The notes beneath the pieces are model-generated. The model ran no database searches, was not told the origin of the DNA, and saw nothing but the letters and a program-made list of their open reading frames with translations. Positions 12,570 to 21,936 of a DNA stretch of 40,490 nt are shown piece after piece. Origin of the DNA: Candidatus Marsarchaeota archaeon (GTDB lineage Archaea; Micrarchaeota; Micrarchaeia; Micrarchaeales; Micrarchaeaceae). The stretch covers positions 1-40,490 of the forward strand of contig JAMCYO010000021.1 in the NCBI GenBank assembly GCA_023473395.1, read 5' to 3'. The position numbers were made by a program, and so were the translations under genes. Within the stretch, counting starts at the first letter, position 1; each line of letters opens with the position of its first letter.

Positions 12570-13372
12570 TCGCTGTCGAATATACCCTCCTTGTCCTTTC
12601 TTATCTTCTCCTTTTCCACTTTTATTTCGGTGCCCTTGAGCTTCTGCTCTATTTTGGAAACCGCGAGCTTTATCTTGTCCTCCGATTCCTTGTAATCGCT
12701 GCCCTCTGCAGATATGTGGTATTTTGGCGAGCTTATGTAGGCAACTTCTACCCCGGCAGTCTCCGCATCCTTAAGGGCCTCATTTATTTCGGTTATGCCG
12801 TTTTGCGTGTCTTCCACCACCATCTCCAGCACGTACGATACCTTGTGCTTCTTCTTCTCGTTCTGCTCTTTTATGAAGTCTGAAAGCATCGTTTTCAGTT
12901 TCTTTGGCAGTTTTGAGGAAGCAAACCTGTCGGTGTTTTGAGTGAGGTCAAAATACAGCTGCGCGTAGCTGCCGAATTCCGATACTATTTCGGATGCGAT
13001 CTTGTCCTTCTGCTTTTCTTCCCCTGCTTCCTTTATCATTTTTCCTACGAGGACGCCGAAGCGCTTTTCCAAGTTATAGCTGTTAAGCTTGTCCTTTGCT
13101 TCTTTCGGCATTACCTTCTTTATCGAGGCGTCTATCGTGCCTTTTTGGTTGTCTATGTATGTTATCTTGCATACGAGCTTCTGCCCGCTGTGGAGGAATT
13201 CGTGTATGTTTTTTATCCATCCGGAGGAAACCTCCCTTATAGGCACAAACACCTCTATGCCGTCATATTCCAAAAGCTTGCAATACGCCCCGAACTGCAT
13301 TATTTTGGATACTTGCGCTATGACTAGCTCCCCTGGCCTTGGGGTCATCCTTTGCTGCTTTTGGGCTTCCAT
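12566..13372 (-). CDS. eif2a: translation initiation factor aIF-2 alpha
   Basis: N-terminal S1 domain (GAYCKLLEY, EVSSGWIKNI) and C-terminal YISSPKY. Conserved gene context. Confidence 0.93.
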   Translation of the reverse strand: MEAQKQQRMTPRPGELVIAQVSKIMQFGAYCKLLEYDGIEVFVPIREVSSGWIKNIHEFLHSGQKLVCKITYIDNQKGTIDASIKKVMPKEAKDKLNSYNLEKRFGVLVGKMIKEAGEEKQKDKIASEIVSEFGSYAQLYFDLTQNTDRFASSKLPKKLKTMLSDFIKEQNEKKKHKVSYVLEMVVEDTQNGITEINEALKDAETAGVEVAYISSPKYHISAEGSDYKESEDKIKLAVSKIEQKLKGTEIKVEKEKIRKDKEGIFDSE

Positions 13373-13376
13373 CGAA

Positions 13377-13658
13377 TCATATGGCGAATTCGAGCTTCTT
13401 TTTTGTTCTGGAACCTAACACACGCTCGACCTCATACTTGCAGTCCTTGCATTGCAGGAGGACCTTTTGCCTTTTAGCTACCTTGACTACGGTAGCCTGC
13501 CCTTTTACCTTTCCGGTTATTCCCTTGAGCTTCCTTGCCCTTCGGCGTTTGCCTACGTTAAGGCCGCTCTCCTGCTTTTTCGAATATATCACTACCTTGT
13601 GTTCTGTGTGCTTGCCGCATTTCGGGCAGTACACGTTGAGTTCTCTAGCTATCTTCAT
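13377..13658 (-). CDS. rpl44e: 50S ribosomal protein L44e
   Basis: YCPKCGKHTEH and LQCKDC zinc ribbon in a basic protein. Confidence 0.95.
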   Translation of the reverse strand: MKIARELNVYCPKCGKHTEHKVVIYSKKQESGLNVGKRRRARKLKGITGKVKGQATVVKVAKRQKVLLQCKDCKYEVERVLGSRTKKKLEFAI

Positions 13659-13688
13659 AACATCACTTCAATAAGCGTAAGCTTGCGT

Positions 13689-14195
13689 TTATAATTTCTC
13701 GTAAACACATAAAGAATTATCTATAAGGAACGCGGTATCTGTTTTGTCTTTTATTTCTATGATTTGGCCTTTTTCAAGCGGCCCGATCTTAGCCCCGGAA
13801 GGCAGAAAGACTTCTGGAAGCTTTTCTATAACCACGCGCAGTTTTCCCGATTCGGCTGCTTGCTGTTTTTGCCCAGCAATCAAGGTATTGTTGTACGTGT
13901 CCATTAACTTGTTATAGAAGCTAAGCTCCATTTCGACCGCAGGCATAGGCAGGGGCTTTTTGTACGCCACATACAGCACTATTTTTTGCTTTCTTTTTTC
14001 AAATATCTCATTTATAAGCCTTGACATGTTGGAAACGGCAGCTGCTTCTAATTCCCCTGGCTGTTTGTTTTTTGCACTTTCTATAAAATCAAGGACATCG
14101 ACATAAAAGTTCTTAGGTATGAACTGCAACGCGTTGCTCGACCTTTCCTTCTGCAGTATCTCCCAAAGGAATTCGTAAGAGACGTTTTCCGACAT
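13689..14195 (-). CDS. GINS family (Gins15/51-like) replication protein
   Basis: KERSSNALQFIPKNFY and IFEKRKQKIV helical A-domain plus a C-terminal beta domain (GPLEKGQII). Upstream of rpl44e as in the conserved archaeal cluster. Confidence 0.8.
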   Translation of the reverse strand: MSENVSYEFLWEILQKERSSNALQFIPKNFYVDVLDFIESAKNKQPGELEAAAVSNMSRLINEIFEKRKQKIVLYVAYKKPLPMPAVEMELSFYNKLMDTYNNTLIAGQKQQAAESGKLRVVIEKLPEVFLPSGAKIGPLEKGQIIEIKDKTDTAFLIDNSLCVYEKL

Positions 14196-14360
14196 AGCAT
14201 ACCCCACGCTTCCGGTATTTTTAACCGAGATTTTCCCTGATTTTATTGATATTTCAATTTTAAAATTTTTGCTTGTTGTTAGCTGTTTATGTTTGTTTGG
14301 TTAGCTTATATATATAAATAAAATTGTACGATTAGCGGAAGTGTGGGGTGGGAGTTTCGA

Positions 14361-14435
14361 TAGCGAGGGGTGGATTTGAACCACCGATCTCCGGGTTATG
14401 AGCCCGGCGGGCACTCCAGACTACCCTACCTCGCT
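14361..14435 (-). tRNA. initiator tRNA-Met(CAT)
   Basis: AGCGAGG...CCTCGCT-A with an A1-U72 pair, CCGGG-CT-CAT-AA-CCCGG (three consecutive G-C pairs) and a TTCAAATC T-loop. Confidence 0.95.
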
Positions 14436-14461
14436 GCGCGGTAATGTTTTATGTGGCAAAG

Positions 14462-15373
14462 TTAAAATATGTTGGTCTGTTGCTCTTCTGCATGTGGCAA
14501 AGCAGCCCTAGCCTGTTTAGGCGCGGCCAAAAGAGAACCTACTTTTTCTTTGTCTATCCTTGTTAGTTGTTTGTTGCAGATATTACACTTGAACCCCGAT
14601 TCGTAAGCGGCGTCGAAAGTGAATATGAACTTGTTTTCGTCGTAGCAGCTGTTGCATACAAAATAGTCGTTGCATTCTTCTTTAAGTATTGTGTTTTCCG
14701 ATGTTGTGTTCTTTACGTAGTCAAGGAACTGTGGCACCTTGTTGGTGTTTATATACCACGCAAAAGAGAGCCAGCCCTCGTTGTTTTTTGATACTGTATA
14801 ATTTGTAATACCATAACCTTGCATTATATTCAATATGCGCCTAACTGCGTTTATTTTTAGGTCAAGGCTTGCTGCTATTTCTTCGTCGGTTCTCGGCGTG
14901 TTTAGCAGACTGAGCACTTCCCCCGCATGCCTGCTTACATTTTTGTTCAAATAATCAGAGATTTCGGCGTCTTCTGCCAGGGTTTTTATATAAGCTAGTG
15001 CGTTTTCAGTGTACGTTGCTTCGTCGATTTCGTGCTGTTTTTTTGCCTTTTCTGCTGTGCGCTCTTTCCTGTTGAGTGCCGCTTCTGCTATTTGCTTAGC
15101 ATGTGTTCTTGCTGATACTTTGGCTGTCTTGACTAAAGGCTTTGTTTTAATCGAAGAGCGGGATTTCTTTATGTTGGGTTTCGCATTGCCTGCTTTTTTG
15201 ATAGCTTTCTTAACAAAATTCTTCCTTATTACAGTATGTTCTATTTTTTTGACATTTTTAGGCACATGTTTTCTGGCTTCGGTATTATGGCTTTTAATTT
15301 TATGCGCAGGTTTTTTGCCTGCCTTCATGATGCTGTTTTTGCGGGTCGTCTTTTTTATGTTTTTTTTCTGCAT
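14462..15373 (-). CDS. tfe: transcription factor E (TFE alpha) with long lysine-rich N-terminal extension
   Basis: Winged helix TDEEIAASLDLKINAVRRIL, GWLSFAW and Zn ribbon CNSC...FTFDAAYESGFKCNIC. The ATG at 15373 has a GGTG SD. Confidence 0.88.
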   Translation of the reverse strand: MQKKNIKKTTRKNSIMKAGKKPAHKIKSHNTEARKHVPKNVKKIEHTVIRKNFVKKAIKKAGNAKPNIKKSRSSIKTKPLVKTAKVSARTHAKQIAEAALNRKERTAEKAKKQHEIDEATYTENALAYIKTLAEDAEISDYLNKNVSRHAGEVLSLLNTPRTDEEIAASLDLKINAVRRILNIMQGYGITNYTVSKNNEGWLSFAWYINTNKVPQFLDYVKNTTSENTILKEECNDYFVCNSCYDENKFIFTFDAAYESGFKCNICNKQLTRIDKEKVGSLLAAPKQARAALPHAEEQQTNIF

Positions 15374-15569
15374 AATAAGCACCGTCAGCGGCTAACGCTT
15401 GAGCGTTTATATATTATGAATTTTATATTATTTAAAGCTATCTGCAAACGTTGGCCATGCAACGGGCTTTTTCTGCATTTTCCTGTCTTGCAAACCAAAA
15501 TCGCGGCAACGCGGCAGATTCGCTTCTTTAGCAAAACAGCATTAAAACGATACCAGAGTTAACTAATAT

Positions 15570-16196
15570 TCAGTCTGGAACCAAACTGTTTTCCTCCAAA
15601 AATTTTCTGATCTCCCTAAACATAACCAAATAGCCATTGGCGTTCGGATGGCGTCCATCTTCCAATTGTATGTTATTTTTCTTGGCAATATTGTTGATGT
15701 TTAAAAATGGTATGTGTTCCTTACTGCAGCAATCTCTTATTATGTTGTTAAATTTCGTAACTCTCTCATTATTGAATACTGTGCCGTTGGTAGAAGGTAC
15801 GAATGGTTTCGAATTATCTACTGGCGGCAACCCAATGAAAGCTATTTTCTGTCCGAACGCCTTTGCCTTTTTTACAAGCGATGATATATTTCTTTCGAAA
15901 CGCGCTTCTGTAGTGAGCACTTTGTTACCTGTGCTGTCGCTGTATTTTGAATCGTTTGTTCCAATTGCAATCAACAAAGTATACTTATCATCTTTAGAAC
16001 TAGGTTTAATCCTGGCCCTCGCCTCTGTCCCAAAGCGCTTTAACAAGCCGGCAGAAGTGTCTCCTTTTATTCCAAGATTATAAACAACATTGCCTTTTTC
16101 CAAACCCTCGAACCACCTCTTTAAGTGGCCGCACCACCCGCCATCGTGCCCTCTTCCAAACGTAATGCTGTCGCCAAAACATAAAATAACATTCAT
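15570..16196 (-). CDS. SGNH/GDSL hydrolase
   Basis: FGDSIT, NLGIKG, IGTND and DGRHP blocks. Confidence 0.92.
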   Translation of the reverse strand: MNVILCFGDSITFGRGHDGGWCGHLKRWFEGLEKGNVVYNLGIKGDTSAGLLKRFGTEARARIKPSSKDDKYTLLIAIGTNDSKYSDSTGNKVLTTEARFERNISSLVKKAKAFGQKIAFIGLPPVDNSKPFVPSTNGTVFNNERVTKFNNIIRDCCSKEHIPFLNINNIAKKNNIQLEDGRHPNANGYLVMFREIRKFLEENSLVPD

Positions 16197-16347
16197 AAAA
16201 AAGACCCATAATCCCTCAAAACACCAATTTACGTTGCCAGTGCGCGGACTCTATTAAAAGTGCAACATAGTATTTAATATTTTTGCATAGAAAATACAAA
16301 GGCGAGTCATAATTCACGCACTTTATAGTGCAACATTCGTGATTTTA

Positions 16348-16854
16348 ATGGGAGCAAACAAGTACATCAGAGAAACATTGATAAAAGAATACAAGGAAAG
16401 GAGTCCTGAATATAAGAACAAGCTTGCCGAATGGACCAAACAGGACAACATAGTCAAAATAGAAAGGCCATCCAATCTAGCAAGGGCGAGGGCTTTAGGT
16501 TACAAAGCAAAAGAGGGTATAATCATCGCACGCGCTTCTGTGAGGAAGGGAAACAGAAAAAGGCCAGCAGTCGGCGGCGGCAGAAAGCCTTCCAAAAGCG
16601 CTAGATTCATATCAAGGCACAAGAGCATGCAAGTCATAGCAGAAGAAAGGGTATCGAAGAGGTTTTCCAATTACGAAGTGCTCAATTCATATTTTGTCGG
16701 CGAAACAGGCACCGACCGTTTTTACGAAGTCATATTGGTAAGCAAGCAGGACAAGTCCGTTGCGAAGGACAGGGTATATGCTTCGATAGCGAACCAAAAC
16801 GGCAGGGCACACAGGAGCTTAACCTCGGCGGGGAAGAAGGCGCGCGGGTTATGA
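16348..16854 (+). CDS. rpl15e: 50S ribosomal protein L15e
   Basis: ARALGYKAKEG, IAEERV, EVLNSYFVG, YEVIL, RSLTSAGKK. Confidence 0.96.
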   Translation: MGANKYIRETLIKEYKERSPEYKNKLAEWTKQDNIVKIERPSNLARARALGYKAKEGIIIARASVRKGNRKRPAVGGGRKPSKSARFISRHKSMQVIAEERVSKRFSNYEVLNSYFVGETGTDRFYEVILVSKQDKSVAKDRVYASIANQNGRAHRSLTSAGKKARGL

Positions 16855-17114
16855 GCAGATATTCGGCAAAAATAAAAATAGAGAAGCTTAAAGGCACAAG
16901 CTATTCAGGGAAGTTAAACCAAGGATATTCAAACGATAGAAGTTCGGTGCATGCGAAAGAAACAGGCAATATCCTCGAAATAAACATAGAAGCAAGCGAC
17001 GCTACCGCCCTTATGGCCTCGTGCAACACGGTAATCAAGGAGGTCAGGCTCATTGAGGACATAGCGTCCATGGACCTGAGTTCCACAAAACGTAAAAAAA
17101 GTAAAAATATATAA
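16851..17114 (+). CDS. KEOPS complex subunit Pcc1-like protein
   Basis: RSSV...LEINIEASDATALMASCNTVIK resembles the Pcc1 core. ATGA overlap with rpl15e. Confidence 0.7.
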   Translation: MSRYSAKIKIEKLKGTSYSGKLNQGYSNDRSSVHAKETGNILEINIEASDATALMASCNTVIKEVRLIEDIASMDLSSTKRKKSKNI

Positions 17115-17201
17115 ATATACTCAATAAATATAAAAGCGCTCAATCTTCACGGCGTATTCTTACGTCAAAGACTGGATTTTAACCTTTATAAGAGTGTTTA
17201 A

Positions 17202-18158
17202 ATGGCAGGCTCATTGCAGTATTGGCCCAGGCGTCGCGCGCACAGAAGGCTTCCGCGCATCAGGAGCGTAGGCTCCGTAAAAGAAGTTTTGTTATCCAAC
17301 CTGCTCACATATAAAGTGGGCATGACCACAATCTCGCTAATAGACGATTCAAACTCGCCTTCAAAAGGCCAGGAAGTTTCAAGGGCGTGCACAGTGCTTG
17401 AAGTGCCTTCTATGGAAGTTTACGGTGTAAGGTTCTACGTCAAGGACGAAGCCACGAAATACAAAAAAACACATACCGACATATTGAACACTGCCTCCGC
17501 CCAGAAGTTCGGCATCAAAAACCCAAAGAACAATGAGACCAAACTTCAGGAAATGGAGAAGATGGAAGGCATAACAGACGTCGCGTTGCTTGTGGCTGCG
17601 GATCCAAAAAGCACAGGAACCACAACGAACCATCCAGACAGGTTCGAAGCGAAGATATCCGGAAAGGACATAAAAGAAAAGCTTTCATTCGCGGCATCGA
17701 AGCTTGGAAAAGAGCTTAGGGCAAACGAGGTATTCAAAAACGGCGAATTTATAGACGTCGTCGGTGTTTCAAAAGGCAAGGGGTGGGCCGGCCCGATAAA
17801 ACGTTTCGGCATATCCAGGCAGTTCCACAAGGCAACTGGGAAGATAAGGCACGTTGGAACCTTGGGTGCCTTTACCCCTGGAAAGGTCATGTATACGGTA
17901 CCTATGGCTGGGCAGCTAGGATACAACTACAGGACAGAGCATAACAAGCGCATAGTAAAGCTGGGCTCGAAAGAGGATGTTAAGGAGATAAACCCGAAAT
18001 CGGGATTCAAGAATTACGGACTAGTCAGGAACGACTATGTCATAGTCGAAGGTTCAGTACCAGGTCCGGCGAAAAGAATAGTCAGGCTAAAGAAGTCTGT
18101 CGAAAACATGAACAGCGCAGGCATAAAGGAGCCCAAAATAAACTTTTTGAAAGTGTGA
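17202..18158 (+). CDS. rpl3: 50S ribosomal protein L3
   Basis: GSLQYWPRRRA, YKVGMT, KGKGWAGPIKRFG, GSVPGPAKR. Confidence 0.97.
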   Translation: MAGSLQYWPRRRAHRRLPRIRSVGSVKEVLLSNLLTYKVGMTTISLIDDSNSPSKGQEVSRACTVLEVPSMEVYGVRFYVKDEATKYKKTHTDILNTASAQKFGIKNPKNNETKLQEMEKMEGITDVALLVAADPKSTGTTTNHPDRFEAKISGKDIKEKLSFAASKLGKELRANEVFKNGEFIDVVGVSKGKGWAGPIKRFGISRQFHKATGKIRHVGTLGAFTPGKVMYTVPMAGQLGYNYRTEHNKRIVKLGSKEDVKEINPKSGFKNYGLVRNDYVIVEGSVPGPAKRIVRLKKSVENMNSAGIKEPKINFLKV

Positions 18159-18162
18159 TACT

Positions 18163-18972
18163 TTGCAGGAAATAGATGTTTTTAATATAGAGGGAAAGCA
18201 GGTTTCCAAGGCACCGGCACCAAAGGCTTTCGGCGCACAGCCAAAGGCATGGCTCATCAACAGGGCAATCGCTGCTGAAAATTCGCTCAGGCTTCAGCCG
18301 CAGGGGCATTACGAGCTCGCGGGAATGCAAACAACCGCAGCGTACTTCGGGGCTATGGGTTCCTATAGAGCTGGAAGGCACGTGGGCAGGGCCATAAGGC
18401 CAAGGGAAAAGCTCGGCGGAGGCGCCCTGGGGAGCGTTAGGCGCATACCATCTTCAGTAAAAGGAAAGAGGGCACATCCGCACCAGGTGGAAAAGACGCT
18501 AGTGGAACAGATAAACAACAGGGAATACGCTAACGCACTCAAAAGCGCCGTATCGATGGCTGTGAACCAAAAAGGCAACCCATTCAAAGTATTCGAGGAC
18601 ATTTCAAAAATATCAAAATCCAAGGAGTTTTCAAAATTCCTTAATTCGAACAAGCTTGACGCCGCACTAGAATCAGTCAGGATTAAAAAAGTCAGGAGCG
18701 TAAGGGCCACCAGGTCCAAGCAGCAGCACAGGATGCTTGTCGTGACCTCGGATGACGAAGGCGTGCTAAAGGCATCGCGCAACATAAAGGGAGTAGACGC
18801 ATGCACCCTTTCGCAGCTCAAGGTCGAAAAGCTTACCCCTGGAGGCAACCCCGTAAAAATGGTGTTGCTAAGCTCCAAGGCATTGAATGGTCTTGACGCA
18901 GCGATAGAAAAAGCATCGCTTTCAGGCAGCGGCCCATCGAAGAAAAAAGGTGTAAAAAATGTCAGTGCTTAA
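18163..18972 (+). CDS. rpl4: 50S ribosomal protein L4
   Basis: AGMQTTA, VKGKRAHP, RNIKGVD, LTPGG. Follows rpl3. TTG start. Confidence 0.95.
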   Translation: MQEIDVFNIEGKQVSKAPAPKAFGAQPKAWLINRAIAAENSLRLQPQGHYELAGMQTTAAYFGAMGSYRAGRHVGRAIRPREKLGGGALGSVRRIPSSVKGKRAHPHQVEKTLVEQINNREYANALKSAVSMAVNQKGNPFKVFEDISKISKSKEFSKFLNSNKLDAALESVRIKKVRSVRATRSKQQHRMLVVTSDDEGVLKASRNIKGVDACTLSQLKVEKLTPGGNPVKMVLLSSKALNGLDAAIEKASLSGSGPSKKKGVKNVSA

Positions 18973-19210
18973 ATATCCACTCGCCACAGAAAAGGCAGTC
19001 GGCCTTATAACCAAGGGTAACACGATAATATACGTCGTCGATTCCAGGGCTACAAAGGCGCAAATAAAACAGGAATTCCAAAGCGCATTCAATGCAAAGG
19101 TGAGCAGCGTAAGGACTGTGAACATGCCATATAACGAAAAGCGCGCCTACATAAAGCTCTCGAAGGAAAGCAGCGCTGGCGACATAGCGATGAAGTTGAA
19201 ACTGGTGTGA
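18959..19210 (+). CDS. rpl23: 50S ribosomal protein L23
   Basis: YPLATEKA, ATKAQIK, KRAYIKL. Confidence 0.95.
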   Translation: MSVLKYPLATEKAVGLITKGNTIIYVVDSRATKAQIKQEFQSAFNAKVSSVRTVNMPYNEKRAYIKLSKESSAGDIAMKLKLV

Positions 19211-19213
19211 TAA

Positions 19214-19927
19214 ATGGGAAAGAAACTCAGACAGCAAAGAAGGGGCAAGGGCTCCAACGTCTATACAAAACTGCCAAACACGTTTGACATTAGTGTAAAC
19301 TTCGAGAAGGCGCCGGATGTGAGCATGGGCGCAGAGGTAATAGACATATTTAACCACACCGGGCATTCAGCGCCTCTAATGTGCGTTGTCTATGAGGACA
19401 TGAACAGGGGCTTTTACGTTGCCCCGGAAGGCATAAAAGTTGGCGATAAAATTTTCATGGGACCCGACGCAAGGCCGGCGCTGGGCAGCATAATCAAGCT
19501 TAAGGATATCCCAGAAGGGGTTCCAATATACAATATAGAGGTCACAAAGGGCGATGGTGGCAAATTAGTAAGGAGCGCAGGCGCATTTGCCGTCATCACC
19601 GCAAAATCGGAAAACAGCATAAGCGTAAGAATGCCATCCAAGCAGACTGTAAGCTTGGATCCTGATTGCAGGGCGCAGTTGGGCATGATTGCCGGTGCAG
19701 GCATAAAGGACCAGCCAATAGTAAAGGCAGGCAAAAGCCATTACATGTACCATACTTTGAACAGAACCTGGCCGAGGAACCGCGGAGTGAAGATGAACCC
19801 TGTGGACCATCCATTCGGAGGCAAGCAGCACCACAAGGGAAAGAGCAGCATGACGTCTAGGAACGCACCTCCAGGAAGGAAGGTAGGCCATATAGCAGCA
19901 AGGCGCGTGGGCCGCAAAAAGAAGTAA
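19214..19927 (+). CDS. rpl2: 50S ribosomal protein L2
   Basis: GKKLRQQRRG, GGKLVRSAG, RGVKMNPVDHPFGG. Confidence 0.97.
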   Translation: MGKKLRQQRRGKGSNVYTKLPNTFDISVNFEKAPDVSMGAEVIDIFNHTGHSAPLMCVVYEDMNRGFYVAPEGIKVGDKIFMGPDARPALGSIIKLKDIPEGVPIYNIEVTKGDGGKLVRSAGAFAVITAKSENSISVRMPSKQTVSLDPDCRAQLGMIAGAGIKDQPIVKAGKSHYMYHTLNRTWPRNRGVKMNPVDHPFGGKQHHKGKSSMTSRNAPPGRKVGHIAARRVGRKKK

Positions 19928-20002
19928 TGAGTAAAAGCAAAACAAAAGATGTGGTTTAAAAGCTTTGCATTCATATAAAAATACAACAAAATGGTGTTGA
20001 AC

Positions 20003-20224
20003 ATGGCAGAGAGAATTTCGCGAGAAGCAATAAAGAGAGAAGAAGGATACCTGTACTACCTCGGAAAGGACGGATACGTCTGGCAGAATCCGACAAGGTC
20101 GAACAAGTCCGGAAAGAAGGCGAAGGTAGGCAGCGAAAAGATCGAAAGGGAGAAGGGCTACCTGTACTTTGTAGACACGAACGGATACGTCTCGAGAGTG
20201 AAGCAGGCCCACGGAAGGAAATAA
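20003..20224 (+). CDS. small basic protein with internal tandem repeat (hypothetical)
   Basis: 73 aa with two copies of E.I.RE.GYLY....GYV. It has its own TTTAAAA box (~19955) and a GGTG SD. Confidence 0.85.
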   Translation: MAERISREAIKREEGYLYYLGKDGYVWQNPTRSNKSGKKAKVGSEKIEREKGYLYFVDTNGYVSRVKQAHGRK

Positions 20225-20254
20225 TAAAACAAAGGTTTGAAGCAAGGTTTTTAG

Positions 20255-20647
20255 ATGGTCGAAAGGATAGCATACAAGGGGATGTTGCCCGCTGACGCTG
20301 AGAAAATAAGCGCCGCGGACTACACCAAGCTGATAAAGTCAAGGCAGAGGCGCTGGCTAAAGAGGAACTCTTTGCAGATGAGAAGGCTCAATGCAAAGGT
20401 CGAGAAGGTTCTATCCTCAGGTTCAAAGCGCAACATAAAGACAAGGACAAGGGAAGCCCTCATAATGCCGTCCTGGATCGGCCTTTCTTTTGATATTTAT
20501 AACGGCAAGGAATACCAGCACATAGAGATACAGCCCACGATGCTCGGCCATAGGCTGGGCGAATTCGTATACTCGACGAGGCGCGTACAGCATTCCGCCC
20601 CTGGAATAAAGGCAACGCGTGGAAGCAAGTTCCTGTCGCAGAAATAA
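20255..20647 (+). CDS. rps19: 30S ribosomal protein S19
   Basis: YNGKEY, MLGHRLGEF, HSAPGIKATRGSKF. Confidence 0.96.
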   Translation: MVERIAYKGMLPADAEKISAADYTKLIKSRQRRWLKRNSLQMRRLNAKVEKVLSSGSKRNIKTRTREALIMPSWIGLSFDIYNGKEYQHIEIQPTMLGHRLGEFVYSTRRVQHSAPGIKATRGSKFLSQK

Positions 20648-20655
20648 GTGATTTT

Positions 20656-21282
20656 TTGAACTACTCGTTTAACATGGAAAAGGGAAAGGTAGTCTTCGCC
20701 GGCTCGAAGGACATCAATGCGAGCTACAAGGACCTTGGGGCGATTTGCGACTACGTCAGGTACAAAAACGCCGTAAAAGCAACAGAGATACTTGAAAAAG
20801 TAGTGAAGGAGAGCGCAGCGGTACCGTACAGGACCAACAATAAGGGCATGGGCTCCAGGCACGAACTTGGAGGCCGCAAAGGCCGTTACCCAAAGAAGGC
20901 TGCGGGCATAGTGCTCAAGGTAATAAACATGGCGATAGCAAACGCCAAAAACAAGGGCATGGAGGCGGAAAATCTTTACATAGTACATGCGGCAGCGAAC
21001 AAGACGCAAATATTCAGGAGGACCCCTTCGAAAGGAATGCTCTACCATAGCGACAGTTATGGATTCGCAGCAATGAGGCATTCTGACGTAGAATTTGCCA
21101 AGGTTGAAATAGGGATAGCGCTTCCAGAAGACGTTAAACTTGGGGAAAAAGCGGCAAAGCTTTTGAATCTCAACGCAAAGCTCCAGAAGAAGGTTGCAGC
21201 GAAACCCTCGCAAAAGGCTCCGGCACCGAAACCAAAGGAGGCAAAGAAGAAAGAAACACAACCGGTAACACAAAAGGCATGA
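20656..21282 (+). CDS. rpl22: 50S ribosomal protein L22 with Lys/Ala/Pro-rich C-terminal tail
   Basis: GRYPKKAA and AIANAKNKG motifs, positioned between rps19 and rps3. TTG start. Confidence 0.94.
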   Translation: MNYSFNMEKGKVVFAGSKDINASYKDLGAICDYVRYKNAVKATEILEKVVKESAAVPYRTNNKGMGSRHELGGRKGRYPKKAAGIVLKVINMAIANAKNKGMEAENLYIVHAAANKTQIFRRTPSKGMLYHSDSYGFAAMRHSDVEFAKVEIGIALPEDVKLGEKAAKLLNLNAKLQKKVAAKPSQKAPAPKPKEAKKKETQPVTQKA

Positions 21283-21286
21283 TGCG

Positions 21287-21910
21287 ATGGCAATAGAAAT
21301 GAAATTTATAGACGACGCGATAATAAAGATGAACATATCCAAGTTTCTAAGCAAGGAGCTTGTCAAGGCCGGATTCTCCAGGGTAGAGATACAGAAGACC
21401 CCAGTGCTCACAAGGATAACGGTCTATGTGCTCAATCCAGGCAGGGTCATAGGGCGAATGGGCAAGAGCATAAACGAGCTTACTGCGGAGATAAGCAAGA
21501 ACTTCAACGTCAACAACCCGCAGATAAGCGTCATAGAGGTTCAGAACAAGATGCTCGAGCCGTTGCTTGTCGCAAAGGACATAACGTTCAAGCTCGAAAG
21601 ATCGATAAACCCGAGGAAAATAATACAGTTCACGCTAAAAAGCATAATGGAAAACGGTGCGCTCGGCGCAGAAATAATAATACGCGGCAAGCTTGCAGCG
21701 AAGGGCGCAAGGGCGAAGACAATAAGGAAAAGCGTCGGCTACATACCTAAAGCAGGCGACGTCACCAATCTTGTGTTGGTGGGCGACGCGACTGCGTATC
21801 CTAAATACGGGGCAATAGGTGTAAGGGTAAGGATAGTCCCCCCAGGAACCGTGTTCCCTGATAGGAAAATAGGAAAGATAGAAATACCAAAATCCATACT
21901 CAACAGCTGA
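21287..21910 (+). CDS. rps3: 30S ribosomal protein S3
   Basis: KH domain PGRVIGRMG, GALGAEIIIRGKL, GAIGVRVRI. Confidence 0.96.
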   Translation: MAIEMKFIDDAIIKMNISKFLSKELVKAGFSRVEIQKTPVLTRITVYVLNPGRVIGRMGKSINELTAEISKNFNVNNPQISVIEVQNKMLEPLLVAKDITFKLERSINPRKIIQFTLKSIMENGALGAEIIIRGKLAAKGARAKTIRKSVGYIPKAGDVTNLVLVGDATAYPKYGAIGVRVRIVPPGTVFPDRKIGKIEIPKSILNS

Positions 21911-21936
21911 CTTCGTTTAAGGTTTAAGGCTTATAC

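Noticed and set aside
20003-20224. Assignment to known chromatin proteins (Cren7, Sul7d, CC1, Alba)
   Set aside because: I cannot match the GYLY/GYV repeat to those families from memory, so it is left as hypothetical.
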